Positions 1 to 9,879 of a stretch of DNA of 64,000 nt are shown one piece after another. The notes below the pieces were generated by a model. That model had not been told where the DNA came from. It was given only the letters and a program-made list of their open reading frames with translations, and did no database searches. Each line of letters begins with the position of its first letter. Position 1 is the stretch's first letter. The translations under genes and the position numbers were made by a program. The stretch is taken from assembly GCA_965216325.1 (NCBI GenBank), contig OZ244160.1, forward strand, positions 2,048,001-2,112,000. The letters are read 5' to 3'. Source of the DNA: Coraliomargarita sp. Its GTDB lineage: Bacteria > Verrucomicrobiota > Verrucomicrobiia > Opitutales > Coraliomargaritaceae.

Positions 1-2717
1 TCGCGTTCGCGGGCCCAATCGAGCTTGTAGGGCTTCTCTTGCGAGGCGGATAGAACGGATCCGAGCCAGTGGGCATTTTGTCGCCAATGGACTGGAAGCT
101 CAGAGAGGATGGGTTGTAGTGCGCGGTCTAGCTCGTCGGCACTGGCCCCCGTGGCGGCGAAGTCTTGCGAAATCTCAAGCATGCGCTTTTGGAGCATGGC
201 CGTTTCGGCTGAGGTGCAGACCGATGTGGTGGTTAGGCTGGCGGTGTTGAACACCTGGCTGGCGCCAAAGCCAGCTCTTGGGCTGTAGGTAGAGCCTAGT
301 TCCTCGCGCAGCGTTTTACGCAGCCGGTCACTGAGAATGCTGGCCACTAGGTTCATCCGGCGTGATTCGCGGATATCTTCACGCACCGGGTTTGCCTGCC
401 AGTTGAGGAGGGCCACTGCTTTGTCGATCTTGGAGGTGTAGGTGTAGGTCTTGGTTGCCGGGAGCTCCGGGAGGTTCAAGCTGCGGGCAGCTTTCAGATC
501 TGGCTTAGTGCTTGCGCGCTCTGGAAGTGCCCCGAAGGTCTTCAGAATGAGTGGAATCGCAGTTTCGAGCTCGAAGTCGCCGACGATGCTCAGTTCCAGG
601 TAGCTATTAGCCAACTCCTCGTCGAGCCAAGCACGCGCATCTTCCTTGGTATAGGTGGCGAGTTGCTGTGGATCGACCTTTGCGAAGCGTGAGTCATTGC
701 CGTGTGACCATTGTTGCATTTTAGCTCCGGGCCCCGCCAAGGTATACTGTAGTTGGGATTCAATGCTCGGTAGCTGTTTGTGGAATTGGCGCAGTGCCTC
801 GTCGCGGTAGCCTGGATCGGTGATGCCTGCGCAGAGCAACTGTAGTTGTAGTTCAAGGTCTTCGGGGGTGGTGCTGCCAGTGAAGATAAAGGCATCGTCA
901 CCGACGCTGAAACCGTAGCCGACGTTGCGGCCGGCGAGAATGCGGCGCTGTTCATCGTTGCTGTGGGCTCCGAGGCCGCCACCATTGATGACGGCGCTCG
1001 CAACTAGGTCCAGCCCCGTGGTGCCCTCTGGTTGGCTGAGGGTGCCGTGTCCTGTGCGCAGGCTCATTACAATCGAGTTCTTCTGAAAGTCGGTGGACTT
1101 CAGGTTGACGCGGATATTGTTCGATAGCCTGAGTTGGGTGAACTCGAGGTCTTCGACCTCCGTGCGTTCGATCACCTCACCTGCGGGACCAAAGTCGGTA
1201 TAAGCGAAGCTTAGGTCCTTGGTTTCCTCGGGTGCGGCGACTGCGACGGCTTGGCTTTCCTGATAGAGCGTAGCGAGCTGTTTCTGGATTGCGGGGTCGT
1301 CTTTCTTGGTGGTTAAGATCAAACTGCGGTCCTCATTCGTCCATGCTTCGCGAAGGGCGCTGTGGCAGCTCTCTGGGCTTACGGTGTCTAGGCCAATGAG
1401 CCCGACGCGTCGTGTTTCGGTTGGGTGATCAAAGACATAATCCTCGTTGATGCTGTCGAGCAGGCCGGATGCGAGAGCGGGTGACTTGCGAGTGCTGGCA
1501 CGTTTGACCGCTTCATCGTAGTTGTTGCGCCAGTTCGCGGTGATTTCATCGACCTCTGCCTGGGTGAACCCGTGCTCGAGGGCACGGCGGAGTTCTTGTT
1601 CGAGAATGCCAACGGCTTCAGGCCATTTGCCCTCTTCGGGGGCGACGCCGATGTCGTGGAAGCGGATGGCATTCAACCAAAAGCTTGAGCCTGCACTGCC
1701 TCCTTTGATCGGCGACCCGGCTTCCTTGGCGAGGATCTGGAAGCGTCGGTTGAGAATCGCATTGGCCACTTGCAAGGGGTGATACTGAATGCGATTGGCG
1801 AGCGTGTCGGGTTCAAACGCATAGGGCTCGAGAATCGTTAAGCTGAGACTGTCGTGGTTGACCTCCTCGTCGCTAAAGACGCCGGTGCGAAAGCCGGTGT
1901 CCGTCGGCAGGGTGCCGAGGGCGGGCTCATTAAAGGGCTCGGTTGGAGCTGTCATGGACTCGAATTGCGTGCGTATACGCGCTTCAAATACATCGGGATC
2001 GATGTCGCCGACGGCGACGAAACTAAGATTATCGGCACGGTAGTTGTCGGTGTAGTAGTCGACAAATAATTCGCGTGCTGCGGACTCGATGACTTCGAGT
2101 CGGCCGATCGGCAGGCGATTTGCAGCGAGGAAGTCTGGCATCAGGAATTCGAGGCGCTGCTCCATGAGCCGCATCTGCACGGAGTCGCGGGCAATCAGTT
2201 CGGCACGGACGACGCCGCGCTCGTTATCGATCTCCTCAGCTTCGAGTAGTGCCCCATCGGCGAAGTCGCGCATCACGGTGAAGGCAAGATCGAGGGTGTC
2301 GTCTTCCAAGTTTGGCAGGTCGAGCATGTAGACGGTTTCGTCGAAGGAGGTGTAGGCATTGGCGTGTGCGCCGAACGCGATACCGAGGCGCTGCATTTGT
2401 GGGATGAGTTCTTCGACATTTGGAAAGTTGCGGCTGCCGTTGAACACCATGTGCTCTAGGAAGTGGGCGAGCCCGCGCTGTGCTTCGGATTCGTTCAGTG
2501 AGCCGGCATTGACGTGTAGGCGAAGCGAGACACGGCCGGGGGGCTCGGCGTTGGCTAGGATGGCGTAGCGCATGCCGTTGTCCAAGTGCCCGTAGCGCAC
2601 CGCAGGGTCCGGGCTGAGGTCGCTGTTCTCATGTGCCCACGGCTTTGGTGTGGCGGCGTTTAAGCAGGTAACAGCTGCGATGTTGAGGAGGGTGAGGAGA
2701 CGGATGGCGGTGTGCAT
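1..2717 (-). CDS. M16 family (insulinase-like) zinc protease, runs off the left edge
   Basis: ATG at 2717 (MHTAIRLLTLLNIAAVTC, signal-like); in-frame inverted zinc motif QRGLAHFLEH at ~2480-2451, then NAYTSFDETVY; absent from the ORF track because the stop lies outside the window. Confidence 0.9.
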   Translation of the reverse strand, partial: MHTAIRLLTLLNIAAVTCLNAATPKPWAHENSDLSPDPAVRYGHLDNGMRYAILANAEPPGRVSLRLHVNAGSLNESEAQRGLAHFLEHMVFNGSRNFPNVEELIPQMQRLGIAFGAHANAYTSFDETVYMLDLPNLEDDTLDLAFTVMRDFADGALLEAEEIDNERGVVRAELIARDSVQMRLMEQRLEFLMPDFLAANRLPIGRLEVIESAARELFVDYYTDNYRADNLSFVAVGDIDPDVFEARIRTQFESMTAPTEPFNEPALGTLPTDTGFRTGVFSDEEVNHDSLSLTILEPYAFEPDTLANRIQYHPLQVANAILNRRFQILAKEAGSPIKGGSAGSSFWLNAIRFHDIGVAPEEGKWPEAVGILEQELRRALEHGFTQAEVDEITANWRNNYDEAVKRASTRKSPALASGLLDSINEDYVFDHPTETRRVGLIGLDTVSPESCHSALREAWTNEDRSLILTTKKDDPAIQKQLATLYQESQAVAVAAPEETKDLSFAYTDFGPAGEVIERTEVEDLEFTQLRLSNNIRVNLKSTDFQKNSIVMSLRTGHGTLSQPEGTTGLDLVASAVINGGGLGAHSNDEQRRILAGRNVGYGFSVGDDAFIFTGSTTPEDLELQLQLLCAGITDPGYRDEALRQFHKQLPSIESQLQYTLAGPGAKMQQWSHGNDSRFAKVDPQQLATYTKEDARAWLDEELANSYLELSIVGDFELETAIPLILKTFGALPERASTKPDLKAARSLNLPELPATKTYTYTSKIDKAVALLNWQANPVREDIRESRRMNLVASILSDRLRKTLREELGSTYSPRAGFGASQVFNTASLTTTSVCTSAETAMLQKRMLEISQDFAATGASADELDRALQPILSELPVHWRQNAHWLGSVLSASQEKPYKLDWARER

Positions 2718-2850
2718 CAATTTAAGTTTGGGTGATTGGATAATGATCCTAACAGACCCCCCCCATCCGGCAAGCGGATGACCTCCCCTTGGCTGGGGAG
2801 GAGCTTTCTTTTTGACGGGGTGCTAGGATTGCAACTTGGAGTTGAATACA

Positions 2851-2884
2851 AAAAAGCCCTGCGGTCGAGGACGGCAGGGCTTTT
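2851..2884 (-). terminator. Intrinsic terminator after glyA
   Basis: AAAAGCCCTGC...GCAGGGCTTTT inverted repeat with a T-run on the minus strand. Confidence 0.7.
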
Positions 2885-2901
2885 GTGAAATGAGCTATGC
2901 T

Positions 2902-4179
2902 TTACGCGTAGGGCAGTGGGTAGGCTGCGCAGAGTTCGGTGGCGATTGCTTTCGCCTTGGCGATGGCTGCGTCGTCTTCCGGAGCGGAGAGCACGGTGTC
3001 GATGGCTTCGGCGATCTTCTCCATGTCCGCTTCCTTGAGGCCGCGGCTAGTCACCGCTGGTGTGCCAAGGCGGATACCACTGGTTTGGAATGGGCTGCGT
3101 GTTTCGCCAGGAACGGTGTTCTTGTTCGTGGTGATGTTTGCCTTGTCGAGAGCGATTTGAGCAACCTTACCGGTGAGTTCCGGATCCTTCTTACGCAGGT
3201 CGATCATCATGAGGTGGTTGTCGGTGCCGCCAGAGATGATGTGGTGGCCGCGCTCGATGAGTGCGTTGGCAAGTGCCTTCGCGTTGGCAGCGACTTGCTG
3301 TTGGTATTCCTTGAAGCTATCGGAAGCGGCTTCCTTGAAGCAAACTGCCTTGCCGGCGATGACGTGCATGAGTGGGCCACCTTGGATACCTGGGAAGACT
3401 GCGGAGTTGATCTTCTTCGCGTGCTCTTCCTTGCAGAGGATCAAACCACCACGTGGGCCACGGAGGGTCTTGTGGGTGGTGGTCGTGACGAAGTCTGCGT
3501 GTGGCACTGGAGATGGGTGCACGCCGGTTGCGACAAGACCTGCGATATGTGCGATGTCCGCTAGGAGGTAAGCGCCGACTTCACGAGCGATCTCGCCCAT
3601 GCGAGCGAAGTCGATGACGCGGGAGTAAGCCGATGCACCAACGGTGATCATCTTTGGCTTTTCCTTGCGTGCCGTTTCGGCGATGCCGTCGTAGTCGATG
3701 AGGCCGTCTTCAACGCCGACGCCGTAGTTGACGACTTCGTAGGTCATACCACTGAAGTTCATTGGGTGGCCGTGTGTGAGGTGGCCGCCGTCGGACAGGC
3801 TCATGGTGAGGATCTTGTCACCTGGCTTAAGCACGGAAAGGTAAACGGCTGCGTTTGCCTGACTGCCGGAGTGCGGCTGCACGTTGGCGTGGTCTGCACC
3901 GAAGAGTACCTTGGCGCGCTCGATTGCGATTTCTTCAACTACGTCGACGTGCTCGCAGCCACCGTAGTAGCGCTTGCCGGGGTAGCCCTCGGCATACTTG
4001 TTGGTGAGCACGCTACCCTGTGCTTCGATGACGGATGGGTAGGTGAAGTTTTCAGACGCGATGAGCTCGATGTGCGACTCTTGGCGTTTGCGCTCAGCAG
4101 CGATAGCGTTGGCGATCTCGGGATCGACGCTGGCGAGCGGGTTTGGATTGAGCGCGGAGGATGCGTTTTCTGTTGTCAT
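2902..4179 (-). CDS. glyA: Serine hydroxymethyltransferase
   Basis: [21 protein letters not shown] and PLP-lysine motif [14 protein letters not shown]. Confidence 0.98.
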   Translation of the reverse strand: MTTENASSALNPNPLASVDPEIANAIAAERKRQESHIELIASENFTYPSVIEAQGSVLTNKYAEGYPGKRYYGGCEHVDVVEEIAIERAKVLFGADHANVQPHSGSQANAAVYLSVLKPGDKILTMSLSDGGHLTHGHPMNFSGMTYEVVNYGVGVEDGLIDYDGIAETARKEKPKMITVGASAYSRVIDFARMGEIAREVGAYLLADIAHIAGLVATGVHPSPVPHADFVTTTTHKTLRGPRGGLILCKEEHAKKINSAVFPGIQGGPLMHVIAGKAVCFKEAASDSFKEYQQQVAANAKALANALIERGHHIISGGTDNHLMMIDLRKKDPELTGKVAQIALDKANITTNKNTVPGETRSPFQTSGIRLGTPAVTSRGLKEADMEKIAEAIDTVLSAPEDDAAIAKAKAIATELCAAYPLPYA

Positions 4180-4217
4180 GATCTGTCTATGAAATTGAAG
4201 CGCAGTTTATTTCAACC

Positions 4218-5855
4218 TTAGAAGGGCCAGAGCCAGTCCTTTTTCTGCTTTTTTGACTTTTTCGCGGTTGGAGCTGGCTCTTCGGCGCTGTCCTCAGCTG
4301 TGTCAGTAGCTGACTCTGTAAGTTCCTCTTCGGCTGGGATTTCAACCATGGCTTCCGCCTTCGCCGAGGCTTCGGCGGACAGGTCGGTTGCCGGCTCAGT
4401 GACCACTTCAACTGGCGCAGCCTCATCGGCCATTGTTTCAGTGGCCTCGTCCTCGCTGAGCTCTTCCTCAGCTTCCGCTTCAAGCTCCTCTGGGCGCTTT
4501 TCGCTCCAGAAGGGCCACCACCATGGATCGGAGGAGCCAGGTTGGTCTTCGTAGCCTTCTTCTAGGAGCGCTTCGGAAGTGGTGCTTTCGTCATCACCAA
4601 ATGGCCAGGCCCAGCGTGAGAAGGTGCGGCCCCAGTCACCTTTGCTGGCTTCAGCCGGATCGATGCCTGCGGATTCAGCCAGTTCGTGCATCTGGATGGC
4701 AACTTCGCTGCGATCGGCAATGTGCTCAGCAAGCTTAGCCTTGTCAGCCGGAGTTGCCGGGTAGATGCGAGTCGGGACGCCGTCGAGTGGGCGGGCTGGC
4801 TTGTATTCGTAGAGGAGAAAGCCGTTGGCGACCGGGCTGAGGATTTTACGCATGCCGTTGTCCCAGCGCATGAAGATGTCCTGACCGCTCATGCTCCATT
4901 GGCCTTCTAGGGTACGATTGCGTGTGGTGGTGAGTCCTCCGAAGCGGCCGATCTCAATTTGCTCATAAGCTTCGGGGCTGAGGCGGACGAGCCATGCGCC
5001 GCGGTAGAACTGGCGGGCAATCTTGCGGCTGGAGAAGGCGATGCCACCAGTGTGCACTTCGCGCTCGGTGTGATAGTTGTTGAGCCATGCGCTCGGCACG
5101 GTTTCTTGGTCTATACGGCTGGCGGGCACCAGCTCGGTTTCGTCTTCCTCAATGATGACACCTGGCCCGATACGCTTGTAGGCGTGGCCGCGCTCGTTTT
5201 CACGAATGATGGAGTAATGGCCTGAGTTCCACGCGATGTGAAGTTCGCTACCTTGCTTTGCCCAGGAGCCGCGCAAGCCCGTTGGCATCGTGCCGTTAGC
5301 ATCCCATGTGCTGGCAGCAGAGCGATCCGACTCGACAAAGACGTAGTTGGTGCCGCTTTCGGTTGCAATTTCCCACACGCCGAAGAAGCCCTTGGCCTTG
5401 TCGCGGTCGGAAATCAGCTCTTCAGATTGTGTTGGAGGCTCTGCCCATTGGCCGAGGATCTCCTTGGGCACTTGTTGTGCGATGGCTTTGTAAACTTCTG
5501 CGCCGGAGGCATTACGGTAGATTGCGCCAAAGCCGAGTGATTCGCGCTTGATGGTGTGGCTGCCGCCGTCGGCCCAGGTGAGGGTTGCTGCGTCGGAGTC
5601 ACTGGTCCAGTTGCCCTGATAGACGTTACGGTCGGCATTGTCGCCCCAGAAGTAGGAGGCGCGACCGTGGCGCTTAACGATTACAATCAGTGAGCCCTCG
5701 TCGGGGGTGTCGATCTGCCAGGTGCCGCGGTAGAGGTCTTCGCTATCCTGTGCGGAAGCGAGTGGCGCGGCCAAAAAACTGAGAACGGTAAGCAAAAGAG
5801 CGGCGACGCCGGACTGCGTTAGGCGACGGCCACTCAGAGGGAAAAATAACTTCAT
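4218..5855 (-). CDS. Secreted hypothetical protein with three GxW repeat modules and an acidic WxWPF tail
   Basis: 545-aa ORF, signal peptide (..PLASA|QD), internal repeats. Confidence 0.8.
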   Translation of the reverse strand: MKLFFPLSGRRLTQSGVAALLLTVLSFLAAPLASAQDSEDLYRGTWQIDTPDEGSLIVIVKRHGRASYFWGDNADRNVYQGNWTSDSDAATLTWADGGSHTIKRESLGFGAIYRNASGAEVYKAIAQQVPKEILGQWAEPPTQSEELISDRDKAKGFFGVWEIATESGTNYVFVESDRSAASTWDANGTMPTGLRGSWAKQGSELHIAWNSGHYSIIRENERGHAYKRIGPGVIIEEDETELVPASRIDQETVPSAWLNNYHTEREVHTGGIAFSSRKIARQFYRGAWLVRLSPEAYEQIEIGRFGGLTTTRNRTLEGQWSMSGQDIFMRWDNGMRKILSPVANGFLLYEYKPARPLDGVPTRIYPATPADKAKLAEHIADRSEVAIQMHELAESAGIDPAEASKGDWGRTFSRWAWPFGDDESTTSEALLEEGYEDQPGSSDPWWWPFWSEKRPEELEAEAEEELSEDEATETMADEAAPVEVVTEPATDLSAEASAKAEAMVEIPAEEELTESATDTAEDSAEEPAPTAKKSKKQKKDWLWPF

Positions 5856-5904
5856 GTGAGGTGCATATTTTTCGTATCTGCCTCACGCAAGTTTAAAGGA
5901 GGGA

Positions 5905-6025
5905 TGAGACTTGAAACGTGAGACTTGAGGGGAGGCAGAGGTCTGAGCGCTGAGACTTGAAACCTGAAATTGGATTGAAAAGACTAGAATGTTACGGAGC
6001 TAGTGCATTCAAGTTTCAGGTTTCA
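5905..6025. repeat. Inverted 7-nt periodic repeat (TGAGACT/TGAAACC type)
   Basis: tgagact-tgaaacg-tgagact ... tgagact-tgaaacc, with reverse-complement ttcaagtttcaggtttca at 6008-6025. Confidence 0.75.
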
Positions 6026-6814
6026 GCCCTCTAAAATATCCCGCTGACCGATTCTGGAGAAGTCGAGCACACTGCGGCTGATGTTGCCGCGATCCAGTGC
6101 GGCGCGGTCGCTTTGTGGTGCGCTATCAAGCACGATGCCATCCGAGTAGTGGAAGCTGTATTTGCCCGGACTGACTTCGCGGTAGAAGCTGCCCAGTTTG
6201 AGTTTGGCTGGGAAGGTTCCCTCAATCGTGGCGTCGGCAGTCGTCTCCGCGGGGAAGTTGACGTTGACGACGTTGCCAGTGGCTTCGGGCTGAGCCAGTA
6301 GTTCCAAGCTCATGCGGCGAGCGTGCTCGGCTGCGGTTTGGAGAGAATCCGAGAAGGCGCCCTCGGTTCGGCCGTTGGCATCGCGGATGCCTTCAAACAG
6401 ATGGTTGGGCACGCATTTGCTAAAGGCGATTGCCGGCAAGCCCCAATTCGCAGCTTCAATTGCTCCCGCGACCGTGCCTGAGCAAAGAATCAGTGTTTCG
6501 GTGGTGTTGAAACCGATGTTGATGCCGGACACGACGATGTCTGGCTGGCGGTTCAGGAGGTTGCCGAGTGCGATATTGACGCAGTCGGTCGGGGTGCCGC
6601 TTACGGCCCAGGCCTGCACGCCGTCCGGAAAATGTGCCGGACTGGAGATGACCTCAACTTCGCGACGACGGCTGATCGCGCGTCCGATCCAGCTCTGTTC
6701 GAAGGCGGGCGCGGCAACCGCGACGTCAAAGTCGGGGACGAGCGCTTCGACCAGACGGTGTAGAAAGGCGGAATCGATTCCGTCGTCGTTGGTGACCAGT
6801 GCGAGAGGTTTCAT
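6023..6814 (-). CDS. surE: 5'/3'-nucleotidase SurE
   Basis: [23 protein letters not shown] and SGTVAGA motifs. Confidence 0.95.
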   Translation of the reverse strand: MKPLALVTNDDGIDSAFLHRLVEALVPDFDVAVAAPAFEQSWIGRAISRRREVEVISSPAHFPDGVQAWAVSGTPTDCVNIALGNLLNRQPDIVVSGINIGFNTTETLILCSGTVAGAIEAANWGLPAIAFSKCVPNHLFEGIRDANGRTEGAFSDSLQTAAEHARRMSLELLAQPEATGNVVNVNFPAETTADATIEGTFPAKLKLGSFYREVSPGKYSFHYSDGIVLDSAPQSDRAALDRGNISRSVLDFSRIGQRDILEG

Positions 6815-6822
6815 GGGAGGGA

Positions 6823-6851
6823 GTTGTTCGTTGAAAGTTGTTAGTTGTTAG
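6823..6851. repeat. 7-nt periodic repeat
   Basis: gttgttc-gttgaaa-gttgtta-gttgtta. Confidence 0.55.
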
Positions 6852-6895
6852 GAAGGCTGTTCTTTAGCGAACAACGCTCTACTCACAGCGTGCAA

Positions 6896-7351
6896 CTACT
6901 CTGCGCGCTTCAGCACTTCTGCTGGTGCTTCGGTGATTCGCTCACGCACGTGGGCAGGCAAGGTGAGGGATTCGAGTTCCCCGCTTGTGGATAGCTGGGT
7001 GAATACAGTCGTCATGTGGCCCTTGGCGCAGTGGGTGCGGTTCCCGTCAGCGTTGCGACGATAGAGTCGGAATTGAAAATCGATTGCACGGTCTTTGACG
7101 GCTTTCACTGCAAGGTGAATGTCGATGGTGTCGCCAAAGCGGACGGGGGCGGAGAACTTGCACTCGACACGCGCTCGCGGCCAGCCCACCAGCTCGCCGG
7201 GGACGGTTTTGATCAGGTCAACGCCAGCAGCCTCAAAGAAGTCCCGCTCGGCGGTCTCCATATATTTGAAGAAATTGGTGAAGTGCACGAGCCCGGCCAT
7301 ATCGGTTTCGGAAAACTCGATGCGACGTGTTGAAGTGTGTTCGTAAGCCAT
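6896..7351 (-). CDS. Acyl-CoA thioesterase (4HBT/YbgC hot-dog fold)
   Basis: [23 protein letters not shown] motif. Confidence 0.9.
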   Translation of the reverse strand: MAYEHTSTRRIEFSETDMAGLVHFTNFFKYMETAERDFFEAAGVDLIKTVPGELVGWPRARVECKFSAPVRFGDTIDIHLAVKAVKDRAIDFQFRLYRRNADGNRTHCAKGHMTTVFTQLSTSGELESLTLPAHVRERITEAPAEVLKRAE

Positions 7352-7355
7352 TGGT

Positions 7356-7388
7356 TCAGGGGTCAGAGATCAGATGTCAGAGGACAGA
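7356..7388. repeat. 7-nt periodic repeat (TCAGANG)
   Basis: tcagggg-tcagaga-tcagatg-tcagagg-acaga. Confidence 0.6.
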
Positions 7389-7436
7389 TTGCTGGTGTGC
7401 GTGGTTGCCTTACGCAATTCCTTGCAGATCGGGAAA

Positions 7437-7913
7437 TTAGCGCACTTGGCCTTCGGCTTCGACGCGCACCTGTTCCATCAGCTTGCGATATTCACTGCGG
7501 CCGTTGCGTTTGATGCGGTAGGGCGAGGGGTTGGTGCCACTGCCAGAGGAGGTGTGCTCTTGAATGAAGACCTCGCAGCTCATGGTGTAGCTACCGTGGC
7601 CGTTTTGCTTGATATTGACCTTCGGCTCAATCGTCATGCGCTCGGTCCTCCAAGTTTTTCCGTAGAGCAAGGCCGTGCTCTTGCCGCCATCTTTGGAGAA
7701 GGCGTAGCGGTCTGGCCACTCGGTAACGAGGTGGAAGCCTGCGTTGGTAAAGACTTCTTTGACCGCACGGTCGACTGCTTCACGTGAGCTTTGATACACT
7801 GTTACGGAGGCAAAGTCGTTGCTTTCCTTGTCGATGCCGACTGCTGAGGAACAGCCGGAAAGTAGCCAGAGGCAAAGCGCGGTGACGAGCGAAGGAATGA
7901 GTTTATGTACCAT
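7437..7913 (-). CDS. Hypothetical lipoprotein
   Basis: ATG at 7913 gives MVHKLIPSLVTALCLWLLSGC with a lipobox; the longer ORF start lies within a repeat. Confidence 0.7.
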   Translation of the reverse strand: MVHKLIPSLVTALCLWLLSGCSSAVGIDKESNDFASVTVYQSSREAVDRAVKEVFTNAGFHLVTEWPDRYAFSKDGGKSTALLYGKTWRTERMTIEPKVNIKQNGHGSYTMSCEVFIQEHTSSGSGTNPSPYRIKRNGRSEYRKLMEQVRVEAEGQVR

Positions 7914-7920
7914 TACAATT

Positions 7921-8020
7921 GGTGGGGCGTTGCTTGCGGTGCCCTCGGTTGGTAAGGTTTTGGTTCTGCGGGCTTCGCCATTCGGCCTGAGCTCATGGTC
8001 GAAGGCAAGCAAAGCCACTA
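7921..8020. repeat. REP/REPIN-like element, copy A
   Basis: ggggcgttgcttgc...gcaagcaaagcc inverted ends; ~52 bp nearly identical to 22183-22234. Confidence 0.8.
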
Positions 8021-8620
8021 TTAAAATCGATCAGAGACCACCACGTCTTCGTAGGAGAGCTGTCCGCCGCGAGCGTTGGCTGGTTTGATCGCTTTGCCGA
8101 CGGTGAGCATCATGCCGATAATGTGGTTTTCGGGGAGGTTGATGAGTTCGCCAACTTTTTTCGGGTCAAAGCCGATCATGGGGCAAGTGTCGTAGCCCAT
8201 TGCCTTGGCGGCAAGCATGAGGGTTTGTCCGGCAATGCCGATTGAGCGCATCGCTTCATCGCGTTGGAGGCCTTCGTTGTCTTTGTAGAAGGGCTCGATC
8301 ATGGGGACGAGCACATCCTGCACGGGTTGTGGAGCGTTGACCCAGTAGCGTGCGCCGTTCTCATAGCTGTGAAGGTCGGCGCAAAGCAGGATGGTGATCG
8401 AGGCTTCGCTGACTTGCGCTTGATTCCAAGAGGCTGCGCGGAGGGCATCCTTTTGCGCTTGGTCGCTGACGACGACGAAGCGCCAGTTTTGCATATTGAA
8501 CGAGGTGGGCGAGAGTAGCGCCGCCTCGAGCAGTTGCTTGATCTCTGCGTCGCTCATTGTGTGAGCTGGATCGTAGTGCTTGACTGAGCGGCGTTCGGAA
8601 ATCGCAGTAAATGTATCCAT
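8021..8620 (-). CDS. Nitroreductase family protein
   Basis: ISERRSVKHY, SPTSFNMQNWRF and GYDTCPMIGFD motifs. Confidence 0.92.
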   Translation of the reverse strand: MDTFTAISERRSVKHYDPAHTMSDAEIKQLLEAALLSPTSFNMQNWRFVVVSDQAQKDALRAASWNQAQVSEASITILLCADLHSYENGARYWVNAPQPVQDVLVPMIEPFYKDNEGLQRDEAMRSIGIAGQTLMLAAKAMGYDTCPMIGFDPKKVGELINLPENHIIGMMLTVGKAIKPANARGGQLSYEDVVVSDRF

Positions 8621-8738
8621 GGCGCTGAGATTGAGGCCTTTTAAGGGCGAGGCAAATCTGCTTTGCAATTTTTGTGGCGTGGCTACGCGATTGGAACTTG
8701 GCTTAAAGCCGCCTGCAGGCGGGACCCCAACCTGCTCA

Positions 8739-9731
8739 CTAGATCCGTGGCTTGAGGATTAGCACGCCCTCGTGGGCTTCGGCGGTCTCGCGCATGATAT
8801 TGGCGAAGCGCGTGTTGCCTTGGGGGGCGCCAATCTGGAACGGGTTCACGAGTGTGGGGAAGCCGATAGCGCTAATCGATACGGGGCGCTTGCCAGTGTT
8901 CGGATTGCGTGGGTTGAGGCGATCGAGCTGGATCAGGAAGTTTTGTGTGTTGCCGCGGAAGTCGTCGCCGACGACATACAGGCTCATGTGCTCATCTGGT
9001 CCGACTCCTTGGCGCAGATCGCGGAAGGCTCGGCGGATGCCTGGCTCCGGATCGCTGACACTGAGGATTGGGTAGTTGAGGATTTGGTTGAGTGCTTGGC
9101 TGCGGAGTCCGGCTGTGTCGGGCAGCCAGTAGCGAGATTGTGTGCGCAGCATGTAGTTGCCGCTAGTATCCAAAAATTGAATACTTTTGACTTCCGGTAA
9201 GCTGTCGAGGATCTCGCGGATTTGCTGAACGACACCATGGTGCAACTGCTTGGTGATCTGGTTGCGCATGCTGCCCGAGGTGTCGATGATGAAGGCGACG
9301 TGGGTTGCGTCGGAGGGGAGGCCGATCGGTGGGAGGTCTTCGTATTTGAAACTCTCCAGTAATCGCGTTGCTTCTGCGGCGGCTTGTTGGCTTTTGGTGA
9401 GTCCGGCGCTGCGGGTGTCGAACTCTTGTTGCAGGTCGGCGAGTGTGGATTCGAGTTCTTGGATCTGCGATAGAATGCGCTCGCGTTCTTGGCTGGTTTG
9501 TTCGCTGTTCAGCGCAGCTTCGAGTATGGATACTTTATTGGCGATGTCTGCTTCGAGTGCAGCGAGTTGGTCTTGCAGGCGTTCGATGGTCGGCGCATCG
9601 ACTTCGCTTTTTACGCCCGCTTCGCCGGAGCCGATGGAGAGGATGAACAGCAGCAAGATTGCGCCAAAGCCGCAGCAAAGACAGTCGAGAAAAGAGAGGC
9701 TGAAGACCTCGATATTTCGTCTTTTTATCAT
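8739..9731 (-). CDS. Membrane-anchored vWA-domain protein (ExbD-like N-terminal TM, coiled coil)
   Basis: SFLDCLCCGFGAILLLF TM segment, coiled coil, MIDAS DTSGSM. Confidence 0.85.
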   Translation of the reverse strand: MIKRRNIEVFSLSFLDCLCCGFGAILLLFILSIGSGEAGVKSEVDAPTIERLQDQLAALEADIANKVSILEAALNSEQTSQERERILSQIQELESTLADLQQEFDTRSAGLTKSQQAAAEATRLLESFKYEDLPPIGLPSDATHVAFIIDTSGSMRNQITKQLHHGVVQQIREILDSLPEVKSIQFLDTSGNYMLRTQSRYWLPDTAGLRSQALNQILNYPILSVSDPEPGIRRAFRDLRQGVGPDEHMSLYVVGDDFRGNTQNFLIQLDRLNPRNPNTGKRPVSISAIGFPTLVNPFQIGAPQGNTRFANIMRETAEAHEGVLILKPRI

Positions 9732-9749
9732 GGCTAAAAAGACGAAATA

Positions 9750-9879
9750 TCGAACGTCGAACGCTGGACGTTGAACGTTGAATGTTGAATCGGCCTATTT
9801 GTTGAAACGAATTTCTCGAACCGAATACGCTGGAATCGCATTCGATGTTGAAAGTTCGATGTTCGATGTTCGACGTTCA
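9750..9879. repeat. Inverted 7-nt periodic repeat (TYGAAYG)
   Basis: tcgaacg-tcgaacg-ctggacg-ttgaacg-ttgaatg, with opposite arm ttcgatg-ttgaaag-ttcgatg-ttcgatg-ttcgacg. Confidence 0.8.
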
